Below, piece by piece: positions 48,398 through 57,755 of a stretch of DNA of 64,000 nucleotides. The position numbers were made by a program, and so were the translations under genes. The notes under the pieces were generated by a model that was not told where the DNA came from, did no database searches, and saw nothing but the letters and a program-made list of their open reading frames with translations. The stretch comes from a virus (lineage: Duplodnaviria > Caudoviricetes), in IMG/VR virus record IMGVR_UViG_3300029288_000066, positions 164,887-228,886 of that record; one strand, 5' to 3'. The stretch's first letter is position 1; every line of letters starts with the position of its first letter.

Positions 48398-48607
48398 CTG
48401 TCTTTGTTTATTTTGTTCAAATATAAAAAAAACTTGGACAAAAACAAATTTATTTATAAACTATTTCCATATCCAATAAAAAGGCAAAAAAAAAATGAGC
48501 GATTTATAAAATCGCCCATTAAAAAACAGAGACCTGTGGGAATTACCTTGGGTGCGCACCCCGTTTGCAATTTGCATTGCTACACAAGTTTGTTTTAGCT
48601 TTTAAAA

Positions 48608-50203
48608 CTAAAATTCAATGTAGTTTTTGATTGTATTTATCAATGCTTTCTTGTCTTGTTCAAGAACTTTCATGATGTCAAAAACCTTTTCAGAGAAACC
48701 AGCAATTGCACAAACTTGTGATTCGGGGAATTGCATAGTTCCGTATCCATTCAAGTCAAAAGAGTAAATGTAAGGATTACATTTGAATCTTTCTTTGTAT
48801 GCCTTGAATTCTGCCGCTGGAGTATAGTATCCCATCCATCCTTGCATATCTGAAAGAATAATAACTCTTGAGTATGCTTTATTCATAGTTCCAAATATTG
48901 CTTTGAAGTTGGTTCCACCTCCATGGAAGTGAATGCTTTTAGCAATCGTCAAGATGCTATCTGCAGGATTAAGATTTTGGTATCTTGCAGATGTATCAAA
49001 TGTCAAAAAGTCTGCATTGTTACTTCTTACCAATATTGCTGCGAACAATCCTCCAATTTGTGATGGTTTTCCATTCATAGAACTAGACGTATCAAGAACT
49101 ACAAGTGTTTCCCCTTCAAACACTGGAACATTTGAGCATGAAATATCAACAGCATGGTTCAACGCCAACATAACTTGTCTAACTTCTTTCGAACCATTTG
49201 ACATAGCTTCAATTTCTTTCATAGCCGTATCAAATCTAAATGGCAATACCAATGAGTTTCTGATAGCTCTTTCTTCAACAAGCAATTCACATGCTCTCTT
49301 AACTTGGTCAGGTGCTTGTTCGACAATGTTCCTCAAGTTTCTTAACAAGTTAAAGTATGGCATTTTACCGCTGTTAAGCATTTCTTTCCATACGTCAGCC
49401 TTCAATTGAGACTTTTCAGCTTCACTTGACGCTTCTTGTCCAGCTTTTGACATCTTAGCTTCTGTGGTTGCAGTGTTTTTCAACATACCAGCCATTAAAG
49501 CGTCCAATGCTCCCAACTTAACAGTTGCTTTTCTTTGTCTCTTTACGGGAGCTAAAGCTTCATTAACACTTGCAATTTTTGCAGTATTTTTCTTAGCATT
49601 TCTGCTCAAACTTTTTAATTTAGCTTCAAGCAAAGAAACGTAATCTTCTTTTGCTATTTCAACAAAACCGTTGTGTTCAACTGGAACAGGGTGAACAAGG
49701 TTAACAACGTCAACCAAAGACACTTCTTTATTTTCCATTTTGTACTTAGCCAATTGGTAAGCATCAAATTTGTTGAATGCTTCAGCAAATCCTTTTTGCA
49801 TTGCCTTTGACAATGATTTATTTTTCTTACTGAAGTAGTAAGCAATAGTTTCTACCATGTCATCTGGTCTACGAACAATAGCCTTGTAGAAATTTTTAGC
49901 CCAGCTTTCACCAGACAATTTCTTTGCAAGTTCTGCAGCCAATACATGAGTAATAGAACGCATTCCAAATTCTTGTCTTGCGTAAACTGCTGCCTTTGCT
50001 GCAAACAAAGGGTTAACACGGTTAATTACTTCTTGTAACCTTTTAAGGCCATCTGATGCCTTTTCGTAGAATTTATCTTCAACGAAAGAGGTTAAAAGAA
50101 TTGATACCAATTCTAACTCTGCTGATTGTTTGTAAGCTTCGCCACCAGCTAAGTTATCAGTTTTGGTCACTGATTTTGGGGTTGTTTTGCTAAATTTTGC
50201 CAT
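48608..50203 (-). CDS. rsr: Ro60/Rsr TROVE-vWA RNA-binding protein
   Basis: NLAGGEAY, YQLAKY, LLRNLRN, VLPFRF, vWA DTSSSM, GGT, ILSDMQ, GFSEKVF. Confidence 0.92.
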   Translation of the reverse strand: MAKFSKTTPKSVTKTDNLAGGEAYKQSAELELVSILLTSFVEDKFYEKASDGLKRLQEVINRVNPLFAAKAAVYARQEFGMRSITHVLAAELAKKLSGESWAKNFYKAIVRRPDDMVETIAYYFSKKNKSLSKAMQKGFAEAFNKFDAYQLAKYKMENKEVSLVDVVNLVHPVPVEHNGFVEIAKEDYVSLLEAKLKSLSRNAKKNTAKIASVNEALAPVKRQRKATVKLGALDALMAGMLKNTATTEAKMSKAGQEASSEAEKSQLKADVWKEMLNSGKMPYFNLLRNLRNIVEQAPDQVKRACELLVEERAIRNSLVLPFRFDTAMKEIEAMSNGSKEVRQVMLALNHAVDISCSNVPVFEGETLVVLDTSSSMNGKPSQIGGLFAAILVRSNNADFLTFDTSARYQNLNPADSILTIAKSIHFHGGGTNFKAIFGTMNKAYSRVIILSDMQGWMGYYTPAAEFKAYKERFKCNPYIYSFDLNGYGTMQFPESQVCAIAGFSEKVFDIMKVLEQDKKALINTIKNYIEF

Positions 50204-50238
50204 AGCATTTTGTTTTTGGTTAATATTAATTTAATTAT

Positions 50239-50283
50239 AAAAAAAAAAGGGCATTACGTATTTCTACATAGTGCCCTGTATTG
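50239..50283 (-). terminator. intrinsic terminator between the Y-like RNAs and rsr
   Basis: AGGGCACTATGTA-loop-TACGTAATGCCCT plus long U-tract. Confidence 0.8.
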
Positions 50284-50353
50284 TGAGGGAAAATTAAAAA
50301 GCAGGTTTTTTCAAAATACCAATTTTCGATGAACTGCTCTTAGTTGCCACTCA
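50284..50353 (-). ncRNA. minimal Y-RNA-like stem
   Basis: TGAGTGGCAA...CATCG...TTCCCTCA. Confidence 0.65.
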
Positions 50354-50363
50354 ATATCGTTAA

Positions 50364-50429
50364 TACAGGGAATTTTTAAATAGAGTTTTTTCTTTTTTGG
50401 ACGAAGTATCCCTATTTATTGCCACTATA
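50364..50429 (-). ncRNA. minimal Y-RNA-like stem
   Basis: TAGTGGCAA...GATACTTCG...TTCCCTG; boxA and ECF-type promoter directly upstream. Confidence 0.68.
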
Positions 50430-50494
50430 ATATCATTATGTTTAAAGAACTTAATATTGCTTATACGCAATAATTTCAAAAAGGTTACAAAAAT

Positions 50495-50617
50495 AAAAGG
50501 GAAAGTTTTGAAGAGTGTAATCTCCCACGAGGGGAGAAATCACGCCCTGACCTTTCGGAGGGCACGATTGGAGTCAAACCAATGTAACCGAAGTAACTCT
50601 ATCAATGGCCACTTTTT
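50495..50617 (-). ncRNA. YrlA-type Y RNA with T arm, closed acceptor-like stem and D-like hairpin
   Basis: Shared stem; ATTGG-TTTGACT-CCAAT, CGTGCCCT..AGGGCGTG, TCTCCC/GGGAGA; boxA upstream. Confidence 0.72.
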
Positions 50618-50775
50618 ATTTTAAATATCTTTAAGAACGTTTCTGTTTAGCATTTTATTGCCTAACATTATAAATATGCACAAAAATATTAAATTCGAAA
50701 ATAAAAAGCAAGTTTTTTCACTTTTTTTAAAAATTTTTTTTATTTGCCTGATTATCAGCAACAATAAAAATAAAA

Positions 50776-51291
50776 TTAAATTAAAATATTATCTTTTTTT
50801 AAAGAATATACGAAATCTTCATACAAAACTTCGATAATTTCCAGTAGAGAAAAGTCAGATTTTACCTTAATGCCTTCTCTTAAAATTTCATCTCCGTCAA
50901 CTATTGTTGGGTCAAGTACAACTTTTAAATTGTCTACACTTTGCGTTTTTCCTATACTATCGTAAGAACAAAGCTCTGATTTAACATTTATCTTCAGAAA
51001 ATTTTCTGTTGTAATTTCTGCATTTTTAAATATTCTTAAATAATCATATCGCTCTGCCATCTTTCCAGCACTAATCAAAGACCTTCCTACCTCATACTCT
51101 TCGCAACAATATAAATTAACAAACTCTCTGATGTCATATAGAACATGCACTAAACCCCCAAGAGTCAATCCTGCTTCTAATTTAATAGGACAATTAAGAG
51201 ATGACATTAAAAACTCTTTCATTGAGCCATCTCCGATATCCAACTTCTCCCCATCAAAATAAATTGACTTATTTGCTTTTATCTCCAGCAT
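50776..51291 (-). CDS. hypothetical protein
   Basis: ORF overlapping the end of the Clp gene. Confidence 0.6.
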   Translation of the reverse strand: MLEIKANKSIYFDGEKLDIGDGSMKEFLMSSLNCPIKLEAGLTLGGLVHVLYDIREFVNLYCCEEYEVGRSLISAGKMAERYDYLRIFKNAEITTENFLKINVKSELCSYDSIGKTQSVDNLKVVLDPTIVDGDEILREGIKVKSDFSLLEIIEVLYEDFVYSLKKDNILI

Positions 51292-53326
51292 TTTTCTTTT
51301 CCTTTTTTGTTTTTTTAACACTACTACGTATTACTATCTCTTCGTTTTCCAGAACTAAATTATATTGTTCTTTTAAAACAAGGTCGCCTTTCAACACGGC
51401 TTTAGAAATAAGATTTCCTATTCTTTCTGAGACAGCTCTTTTAATTGGCCTCGCCCCATATTTTTTATCATAACCAACAGTGGCAATGTTTTGAACCACT
51501 TCTTTTTCTGCGGTTATTTCATATCCTTTTTCTTTAATTCTTGACAATATTTCATTCACTTCTATTTGCGCAATGACATCTATTTGTTCTCTACCAAGCG
51601 GATTGAACACGATTTTTTCATCTATTCTATTTAAGAATTCTGGTTTAAATTGTTTTTCCAATTCTTTAAAAACAAGTTTTTTGTCATTTTTAAGTGTGTC
51701 TGTTTGAGTTCCAAATCCAAGAGTGTTTTCCTCCAATATATTCCTTGTTCCTATATTAGATGTCATTATTATAATTGTGTTTTTAAAGTTGATTTCAGAA
51801 CCCGTAGAATCAGTAAGCTTACCTTCATCAAGAACTTGTAAGAAAACATTAAAAACATCTTGATGTGCCTTTTCAATCTCGTCAAACAAAATAAGAGAAT
51901 ATGGTCTATTTTTTACCTTTTCGGTAAGTTGGCCTTTATTGTCATATCCAATATACCCAGGAGGAGAGCCTATAAGTTTTGACACAGAATGTTTTTCTTC
52001 ATATTCTGACATATCAATTCTTATAAAAGAATCGTTTGTATGAAACAAGTGAGAGGCAAGAAGTTTTGCCATTAGCGTTTTCCCTACACCAGTAGGACCC
52101 AAAAAGAGAAATGATGCCAATGGTCTAAGCGGGTCTTGAAGTCCCAGCCTGGACCTTTGTATTGCTTCCTCTACCTTTTGCACAGCTTCATCCTGTCCAA
52201 TAATTTGTTCTTTTAAATAACTTGATATACTTAAAAGCTTTTCGTTTTCTGAGTCAGTTAATTTATTAACAGGAATTCCCGTGTGAGAAGATATTATATA
52301 AGCAAAATCTTCTACTTGTACTTTAATTTTTTTTTCTCTTGCTTCCATTTCCAACCTCAATTTTTCTGCCTCTATCTCTTTTATTATTACCTTTTCATTG
52401 TCTCTGTGTCTTGCAGCATCTTCAAAGCTTTGTTTAAGTGCTGCTATTCTTTTCTTTTCAGAAACATCTTCTAACTTTACCTGCAAATCTTTAAGTTTAT
52501 CTGAAGTTGATGAGTTTTTTAGCTTTACCCTTGCGCCAACCTCATCTAACAAATCAATTGCTTTATCTGGAAACTTTCTGTATGTTATATACTTGTCTGC
52601 ATAATCGACACATTCTTTAATCACTTCAACAGAATATTCTACTCCATGGAACTCTTCATATTTTCCCTTTACGTTGTTTAGTAAAATTTCCGTTTCAATT
52701 TTTGTGGGCTCATTAATATAAATTTTTTGAAATCTTCTTTCAAAAGCACCCTCACTTTCTATATGTTTTTTATAATCTTCAAATGTAGTAGCACCAATGC
52801 ACTTCATAAGCCCCTTTGACAACGCTGGTTTTATAATGTTTGCAGCATCCATAGACCCAGATGCACCACCAGCACCAACGACATTGTGTATTTCATCAAT
52901 AAAAACAATTAGGTCTGTTGACTCTTCTATTTCTTTAATTAAATCTTCCATTCTTTGTTCAAACTCGCCTCTATACTTTGTTCCAGAAACCATGGAAGTC
53001 ATATTAATTTCAACTATACGCTTATTTAAAAGCCATACTTCAGTTTCTTTTTTATAAATTTTGATGGCCAATCCTTCTACAACAGCAGTTTTCCCAACAC
53101 CAGGTTCTCCAACCAAAAGTGGATTATTCTTTTTTCTTTTATTTAAAACTTGAACTATTTCTTCGATTTCCTTTTCTCTTCCATACACTGGGTCTAATTT
53201 TGATTCAGAGGCCTCTTTTGTTAGGTCTCTCCCAAAATAATCTAGCATTGGAGTAGAACTCTTGGTTTTCTTATTGCTAGAACTCAAATTTTTTTCATCC
53301 TTTTCGGCATCAAAAGCTTTTGGCAT
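51269..53326 (-). CDS. clpC: ClpC-like ATPase lacking the N-terminal domain
   Basis: GEPGVGKT and GPTGVGKT, UVR-like M domain, IDMSEY, GARPIKR. Confidence 0.88.
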   Translation of the reverse strand: MPKAFDAEKDEKNLSSSNKKTKSSTPMLDYFGRDLTKEASESKLDPVYGREKEIEEIVQVLNKRKKNNPLLVGEPGVGKTAVVEGLAIKIYKKETEVWLLNKRIVEINMTSMVSGTKYRGEFEQRMEDLIKEIEESTDLIVFIDEIHNVVGAGGASGSMDAANIIKPALSKGLMKCIGATTFEDYKKHIESEGAFERRFQKIYINEPTKIETEILLNNVKGKYEEFHGVEYSVEVIKECVDYADKYITYRKFPDKAIDLLDEVGARVKLKNSSTSDKLKDLQVKLEDVSEKKRIAALKQSFEDAARHRDNEKVIIKEIEAEKLRLEMEAREKKIKVQVEDFAYIISSHTGIPVNKLTDSENEKLLSISSYLKEQIIGQDEAVQKVEEAIQRSRLGLQDPLRPLASFLFLGPTGVGKTLMAKLLASHLFHTNDSFIRIDMSEYEEKHSVSKLIGSPPGYIGYDNKGQLTEKVKNRPYSLILFDEIEKAHQDVFNVFLQVLDEGKLTDSTGSEINFKNTIIIMTSNIGTRNILEENTLGFGTQTDTLKNDKKLVFKELEKQFKPEFLNRIDEKIVFNPLGREQIDVIAQIEVNEILSRIKEKGYEITAEKEVVQNIATVGYDKKYGARPIKRAVSERIGNLISKAVLKGDLVLKEQYNLVLENEEIVIRSSVKKTKKEKKNAGDKSK

Positions 53327-53369
53327 GTTATTTATAATTTTTTACAAATATAGTATTTTTAATTATAAA

Positions 53370-53585
53370 TCACAAGCACTTTTGTAGTTCTTTTTCTCTT
53401 AGTGGAATAAGCTCCACATATATTAAAGTTTTTTCTCTATCTCTTTCAATGTTAAAAATTGCATATTTATCAATTTTATATACATTTCTGATTTTATCCC
53501 ATAAATAATCAAAGCCGTCATTCTCCACCTCTTTCGTGTGAACTTCTATGACGACTTTACCCATAGTTTTCGATATTAGTCTCAT
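53370..53585 (-). CDS. hypothetical protein
   Basis: 71-aa ORF. Confidence 0.55.
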   Translation of the reverse strand: MRLISKTMGKVVIEVHTKEVENDGFDYLWDKIRNVYKIDKYAIFNIERDREKTLIYVELIPLREKELQKCL

Positions 53586-53636
53586 AATAGTAATATTTTC
53601 TTTATATAAATAAAGAAAAATAATTACTATTCTAAA

Positions 53637-54539
53637 CTAAAACTGATATTTTTTTAAAAGACTTTTGATTTTATGAACAAACTTCAAGTGTACATCAAGC
53701 AAATCTTCGGACGAGTCGTAAATTTTTGACATTTCTAAACCAATCTCTTCCGCAAAGAGCTCATAGTTTGGATTGTTTGTGTCCAATGAGCTAAGAAATG
53801 TTTTAATCATTTCCAAAAGATAGTCTTCCAGCTTTTTGCCGTTCTTAACGGTTTCATACTGTTCTGGAGTGTAGAATTCAATTGACTTTTCTCCAAACTC
53901 ATAAAAAAGGCTTTTTTCAACGGAACCATTTCTGTTTTTTGCCCACGAAAGAGTTCTTGTATTTCTTTTCTTGTCAAATATCATCTCCATGTGAGAATCA
54001 AACATATGTTCGATTATGTTTTTCCCCTCAAATTCGCCATCTTTATTTACATGACCAACAACAATAAGGACTGCATCATTCTTTTCCGTCCAAGCTCTCA
54101 ACATCTGTATAATATTAAACCCAGAAACATTAGCAGAAACATCTGCATAATCTTCTCTCATAATCACCTGTAGAGAATCTACTATAACAACCTTTGGACG
54201 CATTTCATCAAGCTCTTTAATGAAGGCCTCAAGAGTGGGACACATTTCTTTATCTGCAATGTAAGCGTTTTTGTGCTCAACGGGATATTGTTTCATTTGA
54301 GTCTTAACTCTTGATGCGCTCATTTCTCTTGAGTAAAGTGCTGTTCTGTACTCACTCAGCGACCTTTGGAGTGTTATTGCCAGTGTGGTTTTACCAGCAC
54401 CTGATGTGCCTGTAAGAAAAATAGAACTTCCTACAACCAAACCCTTTTCAAAACTTAAAAATTCATCAAAATTTTTGTTTCCAATTTCGATTGTTAAATC
54501 AGCCTTGATTTTAACATCTGAATAATTTAAACTTTTCAT
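53637..54539 (-). CDS. RadA/Sms-like RecA-fold ATPase (short form)
   Basis: GTSGAGKT, IVDSLQ, GHVNKDG, KNRNG. Confidence 0.8.
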   Translation of the reverse strand: MKSLNYSDVKIKADLTIEIGNKNFDEFLSFEKGLVVGSSIFLTGTSGAGKTTLAITLQRSLSEYRTALYSREMSASRVKTQMKQYPVEHKNAYIADKEMCPTLEAFIKELDEMRPKVVIVDSLQVIMREDYADVSANVSGFNIIQMLRAWTEKNDAVLIVVGHVNKDGEFEGKNIIEHMFDSHMEMIFDKKRNTRTLSWAKNRNGSVEKSLFYEFGEKSIEFYTPEQYETVKNGKKLEDYLLEMIKTFLSSLDTNNPNYELFAEEIGLEMSKIYDSSEDLLDVHLKFVHKIKSLLKKYQF

Positions 54540-54606
54540 TTTTTTCGTTTTAATCGTTTCTTATTATAGTATACGAAAAAACAGTGAAAAGGTTACATTT
54601 TTTTTG

Positions 54607-56085
54607 TTAAATTTTTGACATTAAAAACATGGCAGTTTGATAGTCTTTTTGGAAGTATCCAACATTTTGTTTAAATTCTGTTATTTTAAACAAATTACAC
54701 ACGACAAGAAAATCCTTAACGTCTTTTTCATTAATGTTGGGCATCTTATTATATATCATTTTTTTAAAGTCTGTGTAAATGGGAATTTCCGTTCCACTTC
54801 CGCTTCTGCCATTGTCATAAAATATTTCTAACAATTGCAGATACAAGCTTTGTCTATTTTCATCATTTATCACCAATTCTCCTTCTGCTGGCTGGGTCTC
54901 TGTAATTGTTTCTACTTTGTTATCAGATGTAGTTGCTGTAAAAATATCAGTTATAATCGTCCCTTCTTTTATGTTAAAAGATTTGAGTTCTTGATGTTTT
55001 TCAACAAGTGAGTCTTCTACAACTTCTTCTTCGGCAAACACTTCCTCTGCAGGAGACTCTTCCAATGGCAATTCTTCCACAACAAAGTTTTCTACAGCCT
55101 GGTCTTCTGTTGATACATTGTTGGAAATAGCAGGATGTTCAAATATTTGTTCTTCTTCTTCAACTGGCTCTTCTGTGTTTGAAGATTCTTCATTTTGTAG
55201 TTTAAAATTTCCCTGTTCATCAGATACATATTTTACTTTCTTTTTAAAAGCATCATTTCTATCGTTAATGTTTTTACCTTCTTTTTCTTTCCTAATCATT
55301 TTAATCATACTACTTGTAGCGATAACAAGTGCAACAGCCAATGGGTCAAAAACAAAAATTAAAAGCAAAATCAAATAATTTACCACAGTATCCATTGATG
55401 CCCCAGTAAGTTTTGATATGTATTTAAGTGGTCCCACCTCTGATGCAATATCACTGTCTGCAATATCTAATTTTTTTGTTTCATATTTTGAAATAGAATC
55501 ATTTAAAACCTCTATTTTACCACTAATTTTGTTGATTTCCAGGTTTAAAGTTGCAATATTGTCATCTGCTTGTCCTATAACAGCCTCTGTTTTCTTTGCC
55601 GCAGCCATCCAACCCCTTTGATATAAAGAGTCTAACCTTGTTTCTTGCCCTTTTCTGAGCTGTGTTAATGATATAACCCTGTCGTTTTTTGTTTTTATTT
55701 GTTCATCTAATCTTGTTTTTTCTTCTCTTTTTGTTGCTATTTTTTTATCCAACAATTGTATTCCACCACTCATTTTATCTAAATCTGCGGACACTCTTGA
55801 ATATGCATTTGATAAAAACCCATAAATACCAGCACTTGTTACAATCATTAAAACCACTATCGCCACAAACAAATAGGCCTTTAGTTGTTTAGCCATAGTA
55901 TCCCAATATTGATGTAGCCAAGATACAACTACTATTTTTGAGAATTCAAGAGTCCCTGCCATTATGATTACAGAAAGAGCCGCACCAATGAATAATTTTG
56001 ACAACCCGAATACGGAAAAATAAGCGGCTGTAACTGCCAACAAAATTGCTGTAAATCCTAAGAGTATTGCATAAAACTTTTTCAT
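54607..56085 (-). CDS. membrane coiled-coil protein
   Basis: Three N-terminal TMs, coiled coil, EVGPLKYI...IFVFDPLAV. Confidence 0.7.
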   Translation of the reverse strand: MKKFYAILLGFTAILLAVTAAYFSVFGLSKLFIGAALSVIIMAGTLEFSKIVVVSWLHQYWDTMAKQLKAYLFVAIVVLMIVTSAGIYGFLSNAYSRVSADLDKMSGGIQLLDKKIATKREEKTRLDEQIKTKNDRVISLTQLRKGQETRLDSLYQRGWMAAAKKTEAVIGQADDNIATLNLEINKISGKIEVLNDSISKYETKKLDIADSDIASEVGPLKYISKLTGASMDTVVNYLILLLIFVFDPLAVALVIATSSMIKMIRKEKEGKNINDRNDAFKKKVKYVSDEQGNFKLQNEESSNTEEPVEEEEQIFEHPAISNNVSTEDQAVENFVVEELPLEESPAEEVFAEEEVVEDSLVEKHQELKSFNIKEGTIITDIFTATTSDNKVETITETQPAEGELVINDENRQSLYLQLLEIFYDNGRSGSGTEIPIYTDFKKMIYNKMPNINEKDVKDFLVVCNLFKITEFKQNVGYFQKDYQTAMFLMSKI

Positions 56086-56127
56086 AAAATAAAAATAACA
56101 AAAAACTATTATAAAATAAATAGTTTA

Positions 56128-56712
56128 TTATTTCTCCCCAGGTTTAAGGTCTGTGTGAGAGTTTGTTCCCACTTTATATTTTGTTTTAAAATCTGTTATT
56201 AGTTTTTGAAGGTAGATGGTGTCTCTCGCTTGTGTTTTTTCATTTGGTTTTAAGTCTTCTAAGTGTTTACGAGTCCATTTGTTTGGTTTTAATCTACCCT
56301 TCTTGTCTCTTACATAATATGGCTTTTCATTGTAAAACCATGGTCCTTGCTTATAGCTTAAATCGTGTTCTTCTTCATCGCCAACCTTTTCGTGCTCCAC
56401 ATCATCACTATAAAGGTGAGCATGTTTTTTGCCGTCATTCTCTCCTTCTGTTAAATCCTTGGCCTCATGTGGTCTTAATTCTTTAAATTCTTCTTTGTCA
56501 ATCCAAACAAACAATGGGTGTTGTTCCCCATAAGAATATGCAACATACATTTTGTCTAGGTCTCCAATGTTTTCTCCGTAAGTATGAGAACCAAGAAAAT
56601 TTTCCTTTTTGTTTACAAATTCGTCTGCATTTGGATTGGGGATTCTTTCTTCTTCAAAGTTGCTACTTATAACTTCACGAATTAATAAACGAATCTTTTT
56701 CTTTTCTTCCAT
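56128..56712 (-). CDS. hypothetical protein with KIRLLIRE motif
   Basis: ATG follows TATTTATA. Confidence 0.65.
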   Translation of the reverse strand: MEEKKKIRLLIREVISSNFEEERIPNPNADEFVNKKENFLGSHTYGENIGDLDKMYVAYSYGEQHPLFVWIDKEEFKELRPHEAKDLTEGENDGKKHAHLYSDDVEHEKVGDEEEHDLSYKQGPWFYNEKPYYVRDKKGRLKPNKWTRKHLEDLKPNEKTQARDTIYLQKLITDFKTKYKVGTNSHTDLKPGEK

Positions 56713-56823
56713 AATATCTTTTAATTTATACATATAAATATTAAAAAAAATTATTACTTTTCTGTCTTTAACAAAATAAAAAAACCCCACGACTTGTGAG
56801 GTTTTTACTATTTAAATGACAAC

Positions 56824-57588
56824 TTAAAATGGCAAGTCATCTGGAGAATTCATAGTTTGCAAAAACTGCTGATTAGTCATATATTGAGTTGTTTGCTGAA
56901 CCGCTTCTTGTGCTGGCTGTTGTGCAACAGGGGCAGCTTGCTGTTGTGGCATAGGCTGTTGTTGATACACAGGTTGTGGAACAGGTTGTTGCTGTTGTTG
57001 AACAGGTCTCTGTTGAGGGTTTGGCTGTTGTTGAGGGATTGGCTGTTGCTGATAAATAGGCTGCGGAGCAGGTTGCTGAACTGGCTGTTGCTGATAAATA
57101 GGCTGCGGAGCAGGTTGCTGAACTGGCTGTTGCTGATAAATAGGCTGCGGAGCAGGTTGTTGAACTGGCTGTTGCTGATAAAATCCTTGGCCATTTTGTG
57201 GAATTTGACCTGTCTGCGTGGCAACTTGTCCATTCTGTCCTTCTGGCTTTTTACCATTTGGTAAAAAATGAAGATTATCCATCACAATTTTTGTTCTGTA
57301 AACTTTTCTTCCAGCAACTTGATTGTCATCATAAGATTCGGTCTTAATTTTTCCCCTGATGATAATGTGCGTTCCTTTTTTTACATAATTTGCGATTGTG
57401 TCAGAAAGATAATTCCATGCTTCAACATTGTGCCACTCTGTTGATTCTTTTTTTACACCGCTTTTATCAGTGTAGTTTTCATTAGTAGCCAAACGAAAAG
57501 TGCTGACTCTTGAGTTTTCATTTAAAATCTTAGTTTCTGGGTCATTTCCCACTGTACCAAGTAACAAAACTTCGTTAATACCGTTCAT
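56824..57588 (-). CDS. ssb: single-stranded DNA-binding protein with Q/P-rich linker
   Basis: OB fold (LATNE...TEWHNV); three 42-nt repeats at ~57041-57180; DDLPF tail. Confidence 0.92.
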   Translation of the reverse strand: MNGINEVLLLGTVGNDPETKILNENSRVSTFRLATNENYTDKSGVKKESTEWHNVEAWNYLSDTIANYVKKGTHIIIRGKIKTESYDDNQVAGRKVYRTKIVMDNLHFLPNGKKPEGQNGQVATQTGQIPQNGQGFYQQQPVQQPAPQPIYQQQPVQQPAPQPIYQQQPVQQPAPQPIYQQQPIPQQQPNPQQRPVQQQQQPVPQPVYQQQPMPQQQAAPVAQQPAQEAVQQTTQYMTNQQFLQTMNSPDDLPF

Positions 57589-57755
57589 AAAGATTGATTT
57601 TTTGATTATTAATAATAAAAATTCAAGGCAAATATATAAAATCTTTTTGTAATAACAAAATTTTATTTCTCTTTTGTTTAAAATAAAATAACAATAAGTT
57701 CAATTGATGAAATTAATGACTATTTATTATAAATCAGGCAAAATTTTAACACAAT

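Noticed and set aside
50620-50670. Leader peptide upstream of the rsr-linked RNAs (MLGNKMLNRNVLKDI)
   Set aside because: No biased codon run and no terminator between it and the first RNA.
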